Source: an uncultured Christensenella sp.
Lineage (GTDB): Bacteria > Bacillota > Clostridia > Christensenellales > UBA3700
Length of the DNA stretch: 64,000 nucleotides
Direction: 5' to 3'
Assembly (NCBI GenBank): GCA_910579785.1
Contig: CAJTVJ010000002.1
Location: forward strand, 42,529 to 106,528
The position numbers were made by a program, and so were the translations under genes. The notes beneath the pieces were generated by a model, which saw only the letters and a program-made list of their open reading frames with translations, did not search any database and had not been told where the DNA came from. How positions within the stretch are numbered: position 1 is the stretch's first letter; the number at the start of each line of letters is the position of its first letter. Shown in pieces: positions 27,342 to 36,417 of this stretch.

Positions 27342-29465
27342 ATGAGAAGCAAGGTAAGTAAGGAGAATATGGAGCGTAAAGCAAAAAATTCTTTGATGAT
27401 CGCAGTTATAGTCATAATATCTGCGGTCGTAGTATGCAGCCTTGCACTCAGCATTTATTATGGAGTTAACAACGACAGATTCAGCGGATACGTCTATGAA
27501 GCAGGCACAAATACGCCGCTTGCAGGCGTAGCCGTCACCAACGGACACGACGTAGTCAAGACTGACGAGCAAGGACGTTTTGTCATCGACGGTTGGTATA
27601 AGACTAGGTTTATCACGGTCACGATACCCAGCGGATATTGGACGGAAAATTATTACATAGAGACGACGCGGGCAAAGAAAGGTTATGATTTTTATCTCGA
27701 TAAACAAGAAAAAGATTTGACAGACCACAGCTTTTTGCAAGTCACGGATACGGAAATAAACTCCGAGGGCGCAGGCGCATGGGTGGACGAAGTGCGCGAT
27801 ACCGCAAAGGACGAGAACGCGGCGTTTATCATACACACGGGCGACATTTGCTATGAGGACGGACTCAAACAGCATATTAAGGATATGAATACCCAAAATA
27901 TGGGAGTGCCGGTAAGATACGTCATAGGCAATCACGATTACGTCAAGTGGGGCAAGTATAGCGAAGATTTGTTTGAAAGCACTTACGGTCCCGTCAATTA
28001 TTCTTTTGACGTGGGCAACATCCATTACGTTGTCACCGCAATCACAAAGGGAGATTATCCCGCAAGATATCAGAGATGGGACGTATGGCGTTGGCTTGCC
28101 AATGACCTTGCGCAAGTAAGCTCGGATAAAAAGGTAGTGATATTCAATCACGATTACTGTCCTGACGAAAACGGTTTTGTCGTCAAGTACGGAGCAAGCA
28201 AACTTGATTTGAGAAGAAGAGGACTTATTGCCTGGGTGTTTGGGCATTGGCATTACAGCTATCTCAACGATATTGACGGCATACTCAACGTCACGACGAG
28301 CAAGACTGACGGCGGCGGTATCGATTCAACGCCTGCGGCGACGAGAGTAATGAGTTTTAAAGGCGGTTCGGTTGAAAGCAGCAAATTGATTTACCGCAAT
28401 TTTAAAGAGAGTTCTCCTGCCGATGGCTTTGAGTGGACGACTAAACTTGACGGCGGACACGGCGAATTTGCGCCGCCGATATATGCAGACGGCAAGGTGT
28501 ACGTCGGCACTGTCGACGACGGATATCCAAAGAAATGCGCGATATACGCATTGGACGCAGAAGACGGGCAAGTGCTGTGGAAGTATCCTACAAAAAATTC
28601 AATACGCAATGCCTTTGAGGTCAAAGACGGCCAAGTAGTCGCGCAGGACGTAGAGGGAAAGGTATACTGTCTTGACAGCGCGACAGGCAAGGAGATTTGG
28701 ACATATGATACGGGACTGCTTGCTGCGGCAAATACGGGTCAAAACGTGGTGGTAGACGGCGATAAAGTATATTGCGGCGGCTCTCAAAAGACGTATTGTC
28801 TCACACTTGACAGCGGCAAAGTAGTATGGAATAAGAAGAATGCGCGCGCCAACTCTTCGCCTACGAGAATGGTGATAGACGGCGATAGACTGTTGGTCGG
28901 CTCTCATTGGGATGAGTTGATAGCATATAATAAAAACAACGGCAAACGCGTCTGGGATAATTCCAAGGACGGACTGCGCTACCGCACTACGACGCCTGCG
29001 GTTGTCGGCGACAGCATATACGTTGCGGCAGGCGAAAAGCTTTTTGAACTCAATAAGAAAAACGGCAAGATAATTCGCAGCAAGGAAGTCGGTATAAATC
29101 TCGATACCGCAACGGCTCCATATATCAAGGACGGTATAGGATATTTTGCCACAGCAGAAGAGGGGGTGGCAGCGTTTGATATGTCGACTTTTGAAAAGGT
29201 GGCGCAGTATCGCACAGGCAATTCGTTGGTGTTCACCTCGCCGTATTTATCGGGAGAGATCGCAACTGTCGAGAGCAGCATAACGCCGTTTGGCAACGAC
29301 TTGGTATTCGGCGCGTCAGACGGATATATTTACAGACTTGACAGCGCTCTTCAACTCGTATCTAAATATCAAGTATCGTCTCCGGTAATAAGTCAGCTTG
29401 CGGTGATAGATGACTTTGTTATTTCGCTGGACTTTTCGGGATACGTGACCAAAGTGAGAGTGTGA
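27342..29465 (+). CDS. membrane-anchored metallophosphoesterase fused to a PQQ-like beta-propeller repeat domain
   Basis: N-terminal TM anchor. 'HTGDICYED' and 'GNHDY' phosphoesterase motifs. The C-terminal half has repeated 'G.V(Y/L)...D..G...W' blades, for example 'GKVYCLDSATGKEIW'. Confidence 0.75.
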   Translation: MRSKVSKENMERKAKNSLMIAVIVIISAVVVCSLALSIYYGVNNDRFSGYVYEAGTNTPLAGVAVTNGHDVVKTDEQGRFVIDGWYKTRFITVTIPSGYWTENYYIETTRAKKGYDFYLDKQEKDLTDHSFLQVTDTEINSEGAGAWVDEVRDTAKDENAAFIIHTGDICYEDGLKQHIKDMNTQNMGVPVRYVIGNHDYVKWGKYSEDLFESTYGPVNYSFDVGNIHYVVTAITKGDYPARYQRWDVWRWLANDLAQVSSDKKVVIFNHDYCPDENGFVVKYGASKLDLRRRGLIAWVFGHWHYSYLNDIDGILNVTTSKTDGGGIDSTPAATRVMSFKGGSVESSKLIYRNFKESSPADGFEWTTKLDGGHGEFAPPIYADGKVYVGTVDDGYPKKCAIYALDAEDGQVLWKYPTKNSIRNAFEVKDGQVVAQDVEGKVYCLDSATGKEIWTYDTGLLAAANTGQNVVVDGDKVYCGGSQKTYCLTLDSGKVVWNKKNARANSSPTRMVIDGDRLLVGSHWDELIAYNKNNGKRVWDNSKDGLRYRTTTPAVVGDSIYVAAGEKLFELNKKNGKIIRSKEVGINLDTATAPYIKDGIGYFATAEEGVAAFDMSTFEKVAQYRTGNSLVFTSPYLSGEIATVESSITPFGNDLVFGASDGYIYRLDSALQLVSKYQVSSPVISQLAVIDDFVISLDFSGYVTKVRV

Positions 29466-29468
29466 TAT

Positions 29469-29909
29469 ATGATAAGAAAGTATCAAAAGAGCGACAGAGA
29501 GTTTATGCTTGCCATGATGGAAGATTTTTACAGTTCGCCGGCTGTACTGCATGCGATACCTAAGGAAAACTATATAAAGACGCTCAATGAAGTTGAATCA
29601 AACAGTCCTTTTGCGGATATCTTTGTCTTAGAAAGCGAGGGCGAAAGAGCAGGTTATGCTTTGACTGCATATACGTATAGCAACGAAGCAGGCGGCAAGG
29701 TCGTATGGATAGACGAACTTTACGTTTCGCCGAAATTTCAGGGCAAGGGACTTGGCAGGGAATTTATAAGATATATCAAGTCGTTGTTCGGCGAATTTGC
29801 CAGGATAAGGCTTGAAGTGGAAGAGTCAAACGACGGCGCGACAAGACTGTATAAGCGCGAAGGATTCAGTCAGTTCAATTATACGCAGTATGTCATAGAA
29901 GATAAATAA
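29469..29909 (+). CDS. GNAT family N-acetyltransferase
   Basis: 'VSPKFQGKGLGREF' acetyl-CoA binding motif. 146 aa. Confidence 0.85.
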   Translation: MIRKYQKSDREFMLAMMEDFYSSPAVLHAIPKENYIKTLNEVESNSPFADIFVLESEGERAGYALTAYTYSNEAGGKVVWIDELYVSPKFQGKGLGREFIRYIKSLFGEFARIRLEVEESNDGATRLYKREGFSQFNYTQYVIEDK

Positions 29910-29977
29910 TATAGACACGCACGATAAACACGCACGGCAGTATTATTGATTTATGTAAAATCTGCAAGAAAATCCTG

Positions 29978-30006
29978 TTGAATTGTCGTAGGTTATATCG
30001 TATAAT
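29978..30006 (+). promoter_or_regulatory. sigma-A type promoter candidate
   Basis: TTGAAT, 17-nt spacer, TATAAT. Confidence 0.5.
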
Positions 30007-30036
30007 ATAATTGAAAAAATCGACGGAGGTATTCAA

Positions 30037-30507
30037 ATGGGATATTGTAGAAAGTGCGGAGCAAAAGTGGACGACCTCGACGCTTTTTGCGGTAATTGCG
30101 GAGCGCATATCGAAAGGGGCACGCAGGAAGATACGGAGTTTGTCGACAACAATGGCGATACGAATAATAATCAAGAGTATACTACGCCAAACGGCGCTAA
30201 GAATGACGAAAAGCCCAAAGGCGGTCTTGACGATATAGAGAGAACTATGAATGAGAATATCTATGCGTTCTTATGTTTTGTGCTGGGTATATGCTCGTTT
30301 TTCGTAGGCTTTATAGCCGCTATCATAAGCTTGGTATTCTATAAAAAGGGTATGGAGAAGTGCGAAAAAGAGGGCAAGCCCGGCGCGGACCTGTGCAAGA
30401 TAGGAAAGATCTGTTCAAAGGTCTGCATAGGTATCGCTATTGTCTGCGGCGCGATAGGCTTGATAGTGTCTGTCGGGATGTTGTTATTTCCGATGATATT
30501 TATTTGA
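30037..30507 (+). CDS. zinc-ribbon domain membrane protein (DUF4190-like C-terminus)
   Basis: 'YCRKCGAKVDDLDAFCGNCGA' zinc ribbon, followed by two TM helices. Confidence 0.7.
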   Translation: MGYCRKCGAKVDDLDAFCGNCGAHIERGTQEDTEFVDNNGDTNNNQEYTTPNGAKNDEKPKGGLDDIERTMNENIYAFLCFVLGICSFFVGFIAAIISLVFYKKGMEKCEKEGKPGADLCKIGKICSKVCIGIAIVCGAIGLIVSVGMLLFPMIFI

Positions 30508-30541
30508 TGAAATAAAATGTTGAAGTGAAGAGAGGTGTAAA

Positions 30542-31084
30542 ATGAAATATTGCAGAAATTGCGGAAGTCCTGCGGAAGACGGAGACGTATTCTGCGGATA
30601 CTGCGGAAGCAAGTTGGAGAGGGAGCAAGAAGAAAGCAAACAAGATTTTAGCTCTGATGGAAGTCAGCCGTATGCGGCAGAGGACTTTTATCAAAGCGAA
30701 GGCGAGCACGACGCGAGATCGGATTTCGGCGCGTCAAGCAATGAGTTTGACAATGCTGCGACTGCGGAATATGAATACGTTGACGAGAAGAGAGGAACTA
30801 CGGTGTCTTTTAGCGCAAATCAAACTGATAAGCGCAAACCTCTGATGAGAAATCAAAATGCAGACAAAGCCAATACGTACGGCGTACTCGCATTGATATT
30901 CGGCATACTTGGAGGCATACTCGGAATTATATTCGGAGCGTTGGGACTTAGCGAAGCGAATAAAGCTGCAAAGCTGTGCGAGTCGGGAGAGTTTGACGGC
31001 AAGAATAAGATAAGCAACGCAAGAATATTATCTATCATAGGTATCGTCGTAGCGTCGATATGGATAGTGACGTTGTTCTTTTAA
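30542..31084 (+). CDS. zinc-ribbon domain membrane protein (DUF4190-like), paralogue of the preceding gene
   Basis: 'YCRNCGSPAEDGDVFCGYCGS' zinc ribbon, an acidic linker, then a Gly-rich TM hairpin 'LIFGILGGILGIIFGALGL'. Confidence 0.7.
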   Translation: MKYCRNCGSPAEDGDVFCGYCGSKLEREQEESKQDFSSDGSQPYAAEDFYQSEGEHDARSDFGASSNEFDNAATAEYEYVDEKRGTTVSFSANQTDKRKPLMRNQNADKANTYGVLALIFGILGGILGIIFGALGLSEANKAAKLCESGEFDGKNKISNARILSIIGIVVASIWIVTLFF

Positions 31085-31103
31085 TAGATTATAGAAATGA
31101 TAT

Positions 31104-31135
31104 AAAGACGGCTTTTGACGCCGTCTTTATTCATT
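31104..31135 (+). terminator. rho-independent terminator
   Basis: AAAGACGGC / GCCGTCTTT stem with a 7-nt loop and a T-rich tail. Confidence 0.65.
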
Positions 31136-31259
31136 AAGTTGGAAGCGTGTTTATTAAGTAAGACTTGCCTAAAACTTGTTGAGCTCTCAATCAAATGGGT
31201 CTTGAATTATTTTAAAAAGTATGTTATCATATCAATAAGTATTTATATTGGAGGAAATA

Positions 31260-32828
31260 ATGAATATCATACCAAAACCGCGCCGTGTCGAGGAAAAAGA
31301 CGGATTTGTCGCTCTCGGTCGGGACACACTGATAGCAGGAGAGTTTAAGAACGCCCAAACGCTTTTGACTGAATTTCTGCAAGACGTAGACGGAGGCGCC
31401 GGCGTCAAAGTCGAGTTTGTCAAAGACGGCAATATGCAAGATGGTCAGTATATTTTGGAGAGCAAAGACAAGTCGGTCATCATAAAGGCAAGCAGTGAAA
31501 AAGGCGCGTTCTATGCGCTTATGACGATCAAGCAGATTATTTGCGACAAAGGTCTGCCATGCGTGTCGATAGACGACGCGCCTAATTACGAGTACAGGGG
31601 CTTTTCATTGGACTGCGCACGTCATTTTTGGACTGTGGAGAAGATAAAACAGTTTATCGACGTTATGGCGCATCTTAAAATGAATGAATTCCATTGGCAT
31701 CTCACGGATGATCAAGGTTGGAGAGCCGAGATAAAGAAATATCCGCTTCTTATTGAGAAGGCTACGGCGAGAAAGCGCACGCCTCTTTCGCCTAAGGCGT
31801 TTATGGGTTCCGGAGATTGGGGATATGACGAAAATGAGTATGGCAGAGGACTATATTATTCGCAGGACGATATGCGCGAGGTCGTTGCATACGCCAAGGA
31901 AAGATTCGTCGAGGTGGTACCTGAGATAGATATGCCCGGACATATGGTAGCGGCTATTGCCTGCTATCCAAATCTTTCTTGCACAGGCGAACCCGCGCAA
32001 GTATATGACAAATGGGGAGTTACGGACAATATATGCTGCTGCGGAAAAGACGACGTGTATAACTTTGCCAAAGATATTATAGACGAACTTTGCGAGATAT
32101 TTGACGGCAGATTTTTTCACATCGGCGGCGACGAAGTGCCTAAGACGCGTTGGAAAAAATGTCCGCTGTGTCAGCAAAAGATAAAACAGTTGGGACTTAA
32201 AGACGAGGACGCGCTGCAAGGACATTTCAACAACGAGATGGCAAAGTATCTGCGCAGCAAAGGCAAGAGAATGATAGGCTGGAATGAGATGCTGGACGCC
32301 AAAGATATCATGGACAACGACATCGTTGCGCAGTGGTGGGTCCGCCATAGCCTGGGAAATAAAAACGAGTTTGATTGGATGGCAAAGGGCGGTAAGTGCA
32401 TTTTGTCTATGTATACTTACGTCTATATGGATCATCCATACAACGTGAGACCTCTTAAAAAGACTTACGATTTTTGCGCTAAAACTCTCGGGGTCAGCGA
32501 CGAGTCGAATATACTCGGTATGGAGATACCTCAGTGGGTGGAATATATACGCGATGAGAAAAAACTCGATATGTTGACCTACGCCCGTTTGGTGGCATAC
32601 AGCGAAGTATGCTGGACAAAACCCGAAGATAGAAATTATCAAGACTTTGAATGCCGTATGGAAAATTTGCGTCCTTACCTCTCGAAACTCGGATGCAAAA
32701 TCTGTCCGCAGAAAATCTATCGCGGCAAAACCTATCCGTGGCATGCCTTTACGTCTGCCCTCAGATGGAATTTCTGGCGTTCAAAACCCGATTATGAATA
32801 TCATAAGATGTTGGATGAGGAAAAATAA
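31260..32828 (+). CDS. GH20 beta-N-acetylhexosaminidase
   Basis: 'HWHLTDDQGWR' and the 'HIGGDEV' catalytic region. No signal peptide. ATG at 31260 follows GGAGG. Confidence 0.9.
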   Translation: MNIIPKPRRVEEKDGFVALGRDTLIAGEFKNAQTLLTEFLQDVDGGAGVKVEFVKDGNMQDGQYILESKDKSVIIKASSEKGAFYALMTIKQIICDKGLPCVSIDDAPNYEYRGFSLDCARHFWTVEKIKQFIDVMAHLKMNEFHWHLTDDQGWRAEIKKYPLLIEKATARKRTPLSPKAFMGSGDWGYDENEYGRGLYYSQDDMREVVAYAKERFVEVVPEIDMPGHMVAAIACYPNLSCTGEPAQVYDKWGVTDNICCCGKDDVYNFAKDIIDELCEIFDGRFFHIGGDEVPKTRWKKCPLCQQKIKQLGLKDEDALQGHFNNEMAKYLRSKGKRMIGWNEMLDAKDIMDNDIVAQWWVRHSLGNKNEFDWMAKGGKCILSMYTYVYMDHPYNVRPLKKTYDFCAKTLGVSDESNILGMEIPQWVEYIRDEKKLDMLTYARLVAYSEVCWTKPEDRNYQDFECRMENLRPYLSKLGCKICPQKIYRGKTYPWHAFTSALRWNFWRSKPDYEYHKMLDEEK

Positions 32829-32936
32829 GATTTATTAAAAGTGTATAATTACTAATTTTATGCGCATCATACTTTATGAGCAGGTCGTAAAATAGACGGC
32901 TCATATAAAAACTCATTAAGAGAGTTGGAGGAAAGT

Positions 32937-33293
32937 ATGAAAAATAAAGTAGTGGCAGGTATTCTTGCAATATTGCTTGGAGACTTGGGAATACACAAGT
33001 TTTACTTGGGCAAAATAGGTTGGGGAATCATATATTTGTTGTTCTGTTGGACGGGTATACCGGCGATAGTAGGTTTGATAGAGGGTATCATATATCTTTG
33101 TACGGACAACGAGACATTCCAGGTCAAGTATTGCGGCTCGACGGCAAGCGCGGCTGTCAACAACAGCAAGACGGATAGACGCGACAGCATAGGCAGCGGT
33201 ATGGACAACACGTTTGATAGCGTTGACAACGGATTAGACGATACGCTGGCTGACGATCCTACGAGCATAGACGACAATATCAATCAGATGTAA
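32937..33293 (+). CDS. TM2 domain-containing membrane protein
   Basis: 'GILAILLGDLGIHKFYLGK...GIIYLLFCWTGIPAIVGLIEGI' is the TM2 domain signature. Confidence 0.8.
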   Translation: MKNKVVAGILAILLGDLGIHKFYLGKIGWGIIYLLFCWTGIPAIVGLIEGIIYLCTDNETFQVKYCGSTASAAVNNSKTDRRDSIGSGMDNTFDSVDNGLDDTLADDPTSIDDNINQM

Positions 33294-33324
33294 GTTAGTT
33301 GCTAAGAGCAATGAAATTACAAAT

Positions 33325-33353
33325 AAGAGTTTGGGAGACCAAGCTCTTTTTTG
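33325..33353 (+). terminator. rho-independent terminator
   Basis: AAGAGTTTGG / CCAAGCTCTT stem (one G-U pair) with a GAGA loop and a T-run. Confidence 0.75.
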
Positions 33354-33453
33354 TTTGCGTGTCAATATTATTTAGTTGAGCGCAAGACAGAAATGGCAGT
33401 TTGACGGCGCAAGTATGCTTGAATATCTAGCATTTTTAACATTTAAAAGCAAT

Positions 33454-33487
33454 ATATATGGACGATATAAAAATATATGGACGATAT
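33454..33487. repeat. two exact 15-bp direct repeats (ATATATGGACGATAT), 19-bp period
   Basis: Exact copies at 33454-33468 and 33473-33487, about 155 bp upstream of the iol promoter. Confidence 0.9.
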
Positions 33488-33640
33488 GGGAAAGATAAAT
33501 AATTTAAATTATCCATAAAAATTGCAAAAAAGTCCAAAAAACTTAAATATCATAAGAAAATGGCAGAAAAAAGAGAGAAAATAAGTTAATTACGAAATAA
33601 AATTTTATGGCAAAATTGGTAAAATTTTTTAAATTAGATA

Positions 33641-33669
33641 TTGACAAGCAGACAGCGCGATAGTATAAT
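33641..33669 (+). promoter_or_regulatory. consensus sigma-A promoter of the iol operon
   Basis: TTGACA, 17-nt spacer, TATAAT. Both hexamers match the consensus perfectly. Confidence 0.7.
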
Positions 33670-33702
33670 AACAATATAATATGGTTTTGGGAGAAATCAA
33701 AA

Positions 33703-34530
33703 ATGATTGTTACAAATGGCGAGTTGTTGAAAAAAGCCAAGGGTGCAGGCTATGCAGTTCCTGCGTTCAACGTTGACAATCTTGAAAGCGTTTTGGGCGT
33801 ATTGAACGCCGCTTATTCAGTTGATAAAGAGATAATAATACAGACGATACCGCGTACTTTGAAGTATGGCGGCGTTGCTACATACTCGGCGCTTGTCAGG
33901 GCGCTGTATAAAGGCAAAGCAGACTTGTCCATACATCTTGACCATGGCGGTGATATAGAAATATGCAGAGAGTGTATAGGCGCAGGATATACTTCGGTCA
34001 TGATAGACGGGTCAATGCTTGCTTTTGACAAAAACGTAGAATTGACAAAGCAAGCCGTCGATATGGCGCATTCTTTGGGGGTGAGCGTAGAGGGCGAGCT
34101 TGGCACGATAGGCGGAAAGGAAGAGACGGAGGGGAGAATACGGTATACGGAAGTTGACGAGGCGGTCGAATTTGTTGAACGCACTGGCGTGGACAGCTTG
34201 GCAATAGGCGTTGGCACCTCGCACGGAGTATACAAAGGCACTCCGCATATAGCAGTCGATAGAATACGCGAGATAGCTGCCGCGGTGGATATTCCGCTTG
34301 TATTGCACGGCGCAAGCGGACTTAGCGACGACGTGATAAGGGACTGTATACACGCTGGAATAAGCAAGATAAACTTTGCTACGCAGCTTCGCCAAGCATT
34401 TACGCAGGGGCTTAAAGAAGGACTTGCCTGCGGAGAAGCGACGTACGACCCCAAGACGTATTTGCCGTATGCGATACGCGCAGTTCAGCAGGCTGCGGAA
34501 AAGATAATAAAACTGTGTCACGGCTTATAA
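33703..34530 (+). CDS. iolJ: class II aldolase, 6-phospho-5-dehydro-2-deoxy-D-gluconate aldolase
   Basis: Class II FBP-aldolase family ('HLDHG', 'LVLHGASG'). First gene of the iol cluster. Confidence 0.8.
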   Translation: MIVTNGELLKKAKGAGYAVPAFNVDNLESVLGVLNAAYSVDKEIIIQTIPRTLKYGGVATYSALVRALYKGKADLSIHLDHGGDIEICRECIGAGYTSVMIDGSMLAFDKNVELTKQAVDMAHSLGVSVEGELGTIGGKEETEGRIRYTEVDEAVEFVERTGVDSLAIGVGTSHGVYKGTPHIAVDRIREIAAAVDIPLVLHGASGLSDDVIRDCIHAGISKINFATQLRQAFTQGLKEGLACGEATYDPKTYLPYAIRAVQQAAEKIIKLCHGL

Positions 34531-34569
34531 GATAGGCGCGTGAAAGAAAATAGAAATAAGAGGTGCGAT

Positions 34570-35586
34570 ATGCAATACGTAGAATTTGAAAAAGATAGAA
34601 AGTTTGATTTGATATTAGTCGGCAGGATTGCCATTGATTTTAATCCGCTTGACTATTTCAAACCGCTGTCGGAGAGCAAGGAATATAGAAAATATCTTGG
34701 AGGCTCGCCTGCCAACGTGGCTGTGGGACTTGCAAGACTCGGCAAGAGGGTGGGATTTATCGGCAAGGTATCTGACGACCAATTCGGAGACTACGTGACC
34801 GACTTTTTTGCAAAAGAAGGTATAGACGTATCAAGGGTAACGCGCGCAGCCAACGGCGAAAAGCTGGGTTTGACTTTTACTGAGATTCTTTCGCCGACTC
34901 AAAGCAGCATATTGATGTATAGAGACGGAGTTGCCGATTTAATGCTTGCGCCCGGTGATGTTGACGAAGAGTACGTTGCAAGTGCAAAGGCGCTGCTTAT
35001 TTCCGGCACTGCGCTTGCGCAAAGTCCGTCGAGAGAGGCGTGTCTCAAAGCTGTGCAGCTTGCAGAAAAAAACAACGTCAAAGTGATATTCGATATAGAT
35101 TACAGAGCATATAATTGGAAGAGCAAAGACGAGATAGCGGTATACTATTCGGCAGTCGCAGAGCATTCCGACATAATAATGGGATCAAGAGAAGAATACG
35201 ATTTGACGCAGGCTATATTTGCTCCTAATATGAACGACGAGGAGACCGCGAAATATTGGTTTGGCAAAAAGGCTAAGATAGTGATAATCAAACACGGCAA
35301 AGAGGGCAGTACGGCGCACACGTGCGACGGCGGGAGATACAATATCAAGCCTTTCCCCGTCAAGGCGTTCAAATCGTTTGGCGGCGGCGACGGCTACGGC
35401 TCGGCATTTATGTACGGTATGTTTGACGGCAAAGATATCATGGACTGTCTTGAACTCGGGTCTGCGTCGGCGTCGATGTTGGTATCGGCGCACGGATGTT
35501 CGGAGTTTATGCCGACGGTGGATGAGCTGGAAAAGTTTATTGCCGACGAGAAAAAGCAATACGGCGATATGATAGCAAGAAAGTAA
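34570..35586 (+). CDS. iolC: 5-dehydro-2-deoxygluconokinase
   Basis: PfkB/ribokinase-family sequence in iol context. ATG at 34570 follows AAGAGGTG. Confidence 0.85.
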   Translation: MQYVEFEKDRKFDLILVGRIAIDFNPLDYFKPLSESKEYRKYLGGSPANVAVGLARLGKRVGFIGKVSDDQFGDYVTDFFAKEGIDVSRVTRAANGEKLGLTFTEILSPTQSSILMYRDGVADLMLAPGDVDEEYVASAKALLISGTALAQSPSREACLKAVQLAEKNNVKVIFDIDYRAYNWKSKDEIAVYYSAVAEHSDIIMGSREEYDLTQAIFAPNMNDEETAKYWFGKKAKIVIIKHGKEGSTAHTCDGGRYNIKPFPVKAFKSFGGGDGYGSAFMYGMFDGKDIMDCLELGSASASMLVSAHGCSEFMPTVDELEKFIADEKKQYGDMIARK

Positions 35587-35637
35587 AAGTAATATCCCAA
35601 CTTTTGGGCAGGCGTACTTATAAAACGGAGGGAAGTT

Positions 35638-36408
35638 ATGGCATTCAACTATCCAAAATTTAACAAAAATGGAGTCAAGACAATAGCTAAGATGGACGGC
35701 AAAAACAATGATATGCTGATGGATATTCTTGTGGTCAAGTTGGCAAAGGGCGAAGTCGCGACGTATAGCGAAGAGCAAAAGGAGATGTGCGTACTTCTCA
35801 CAGAGGGAGGCGTTGAGATAAAATGCGGCGACGTCGTCGGCGTCGGAGCGAGAAAAGACGTCTTTGAAGATATGCCGATAACAATGCACGCATGCAAGGG
35901 AAATACTATCGAGGTCAAGGCTCTTACAGACAGCGAGTTTATATATCTTGCGACGACCAACGAACGCACTTTTCCGACAAAGTTTTACGACAAAAAGGAC
36001 GTGATAAGAAGCGTGTCTTGCGAGGGACTTTGGGAGAATACGGCGGTGCGCGACGTCAACACTGTGTTTGACTATTCCAATGCGCCTTATTCCAATCTTG
36101 TGGTCGGCGAAGTCATTGCAAGGCAGGGCAGATGGTGGAGCTATCTTCCGCATTCGCATCCGCAGCCCGAAGTCTACTATTACAAGATGCCGACGCCGGA
36201 GGCATTCGGAGCATGCTTTATAGGAGAGTTTGAACCGCATACGATTGTCGACGGCAGCGCAGGATGTTTCCCCGGCGGAAAGACACACGTGCAGGTGACG
36301 GCTCCCGGGTATCCGATGTATTGTTGTTGGATGATAAGACACCTTGACGGCAATCCTTGGGATAAGACTAGGATAGTAGATGAAAGATATGCTTATTGGG
36401 AGAAATAA
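35638..36408 (+). CDS. iolB: 5-deoxy-glucuronate isomerase
   Basis: Cupin-type IolB-like sequence of 256 aa, positioned between iolC and iolD. Confidence 0.8.
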   Translation: MAFNYPKFNKNGVKTIAKMDGKNNDMLMDILVVKLAKGEVATYSEEQKEMCVLLTEGGVEIKCGDVVGVGARKDVFEDMPITMHACKGNTIEVKALTDSEFIYLATTNERTFPTKFYDKKDVIRSVSCEGLWENTAVRDVNTVFDYSNAPYSNLVVGEVIARQGRWWSYLPHSHPQPEVYYYKMPTPEAFGACFIGEFEPHTIVDGSAGCFPGGKTHVQVTAPGYPMYCCWMIRHLDGNPWDKTRIVDERYAYWEK

Positions 36409-36417
36409 GGAGGCGAT

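Noticed and set aside
27306-28253. Minus-strand ORF (315 aa) opposite the metallophosphoesterase-PQQ gene
   Set aside because: This is a shadow ORF antisense to a gene with clear motifs. It has no independent support.
31851-32744. Minus-strand ORF (297 aa) inside the GH20 gene
   Set aside because: This is a shadow ORF. The plus strand encodes the conserved GH20 catalytic motifs.
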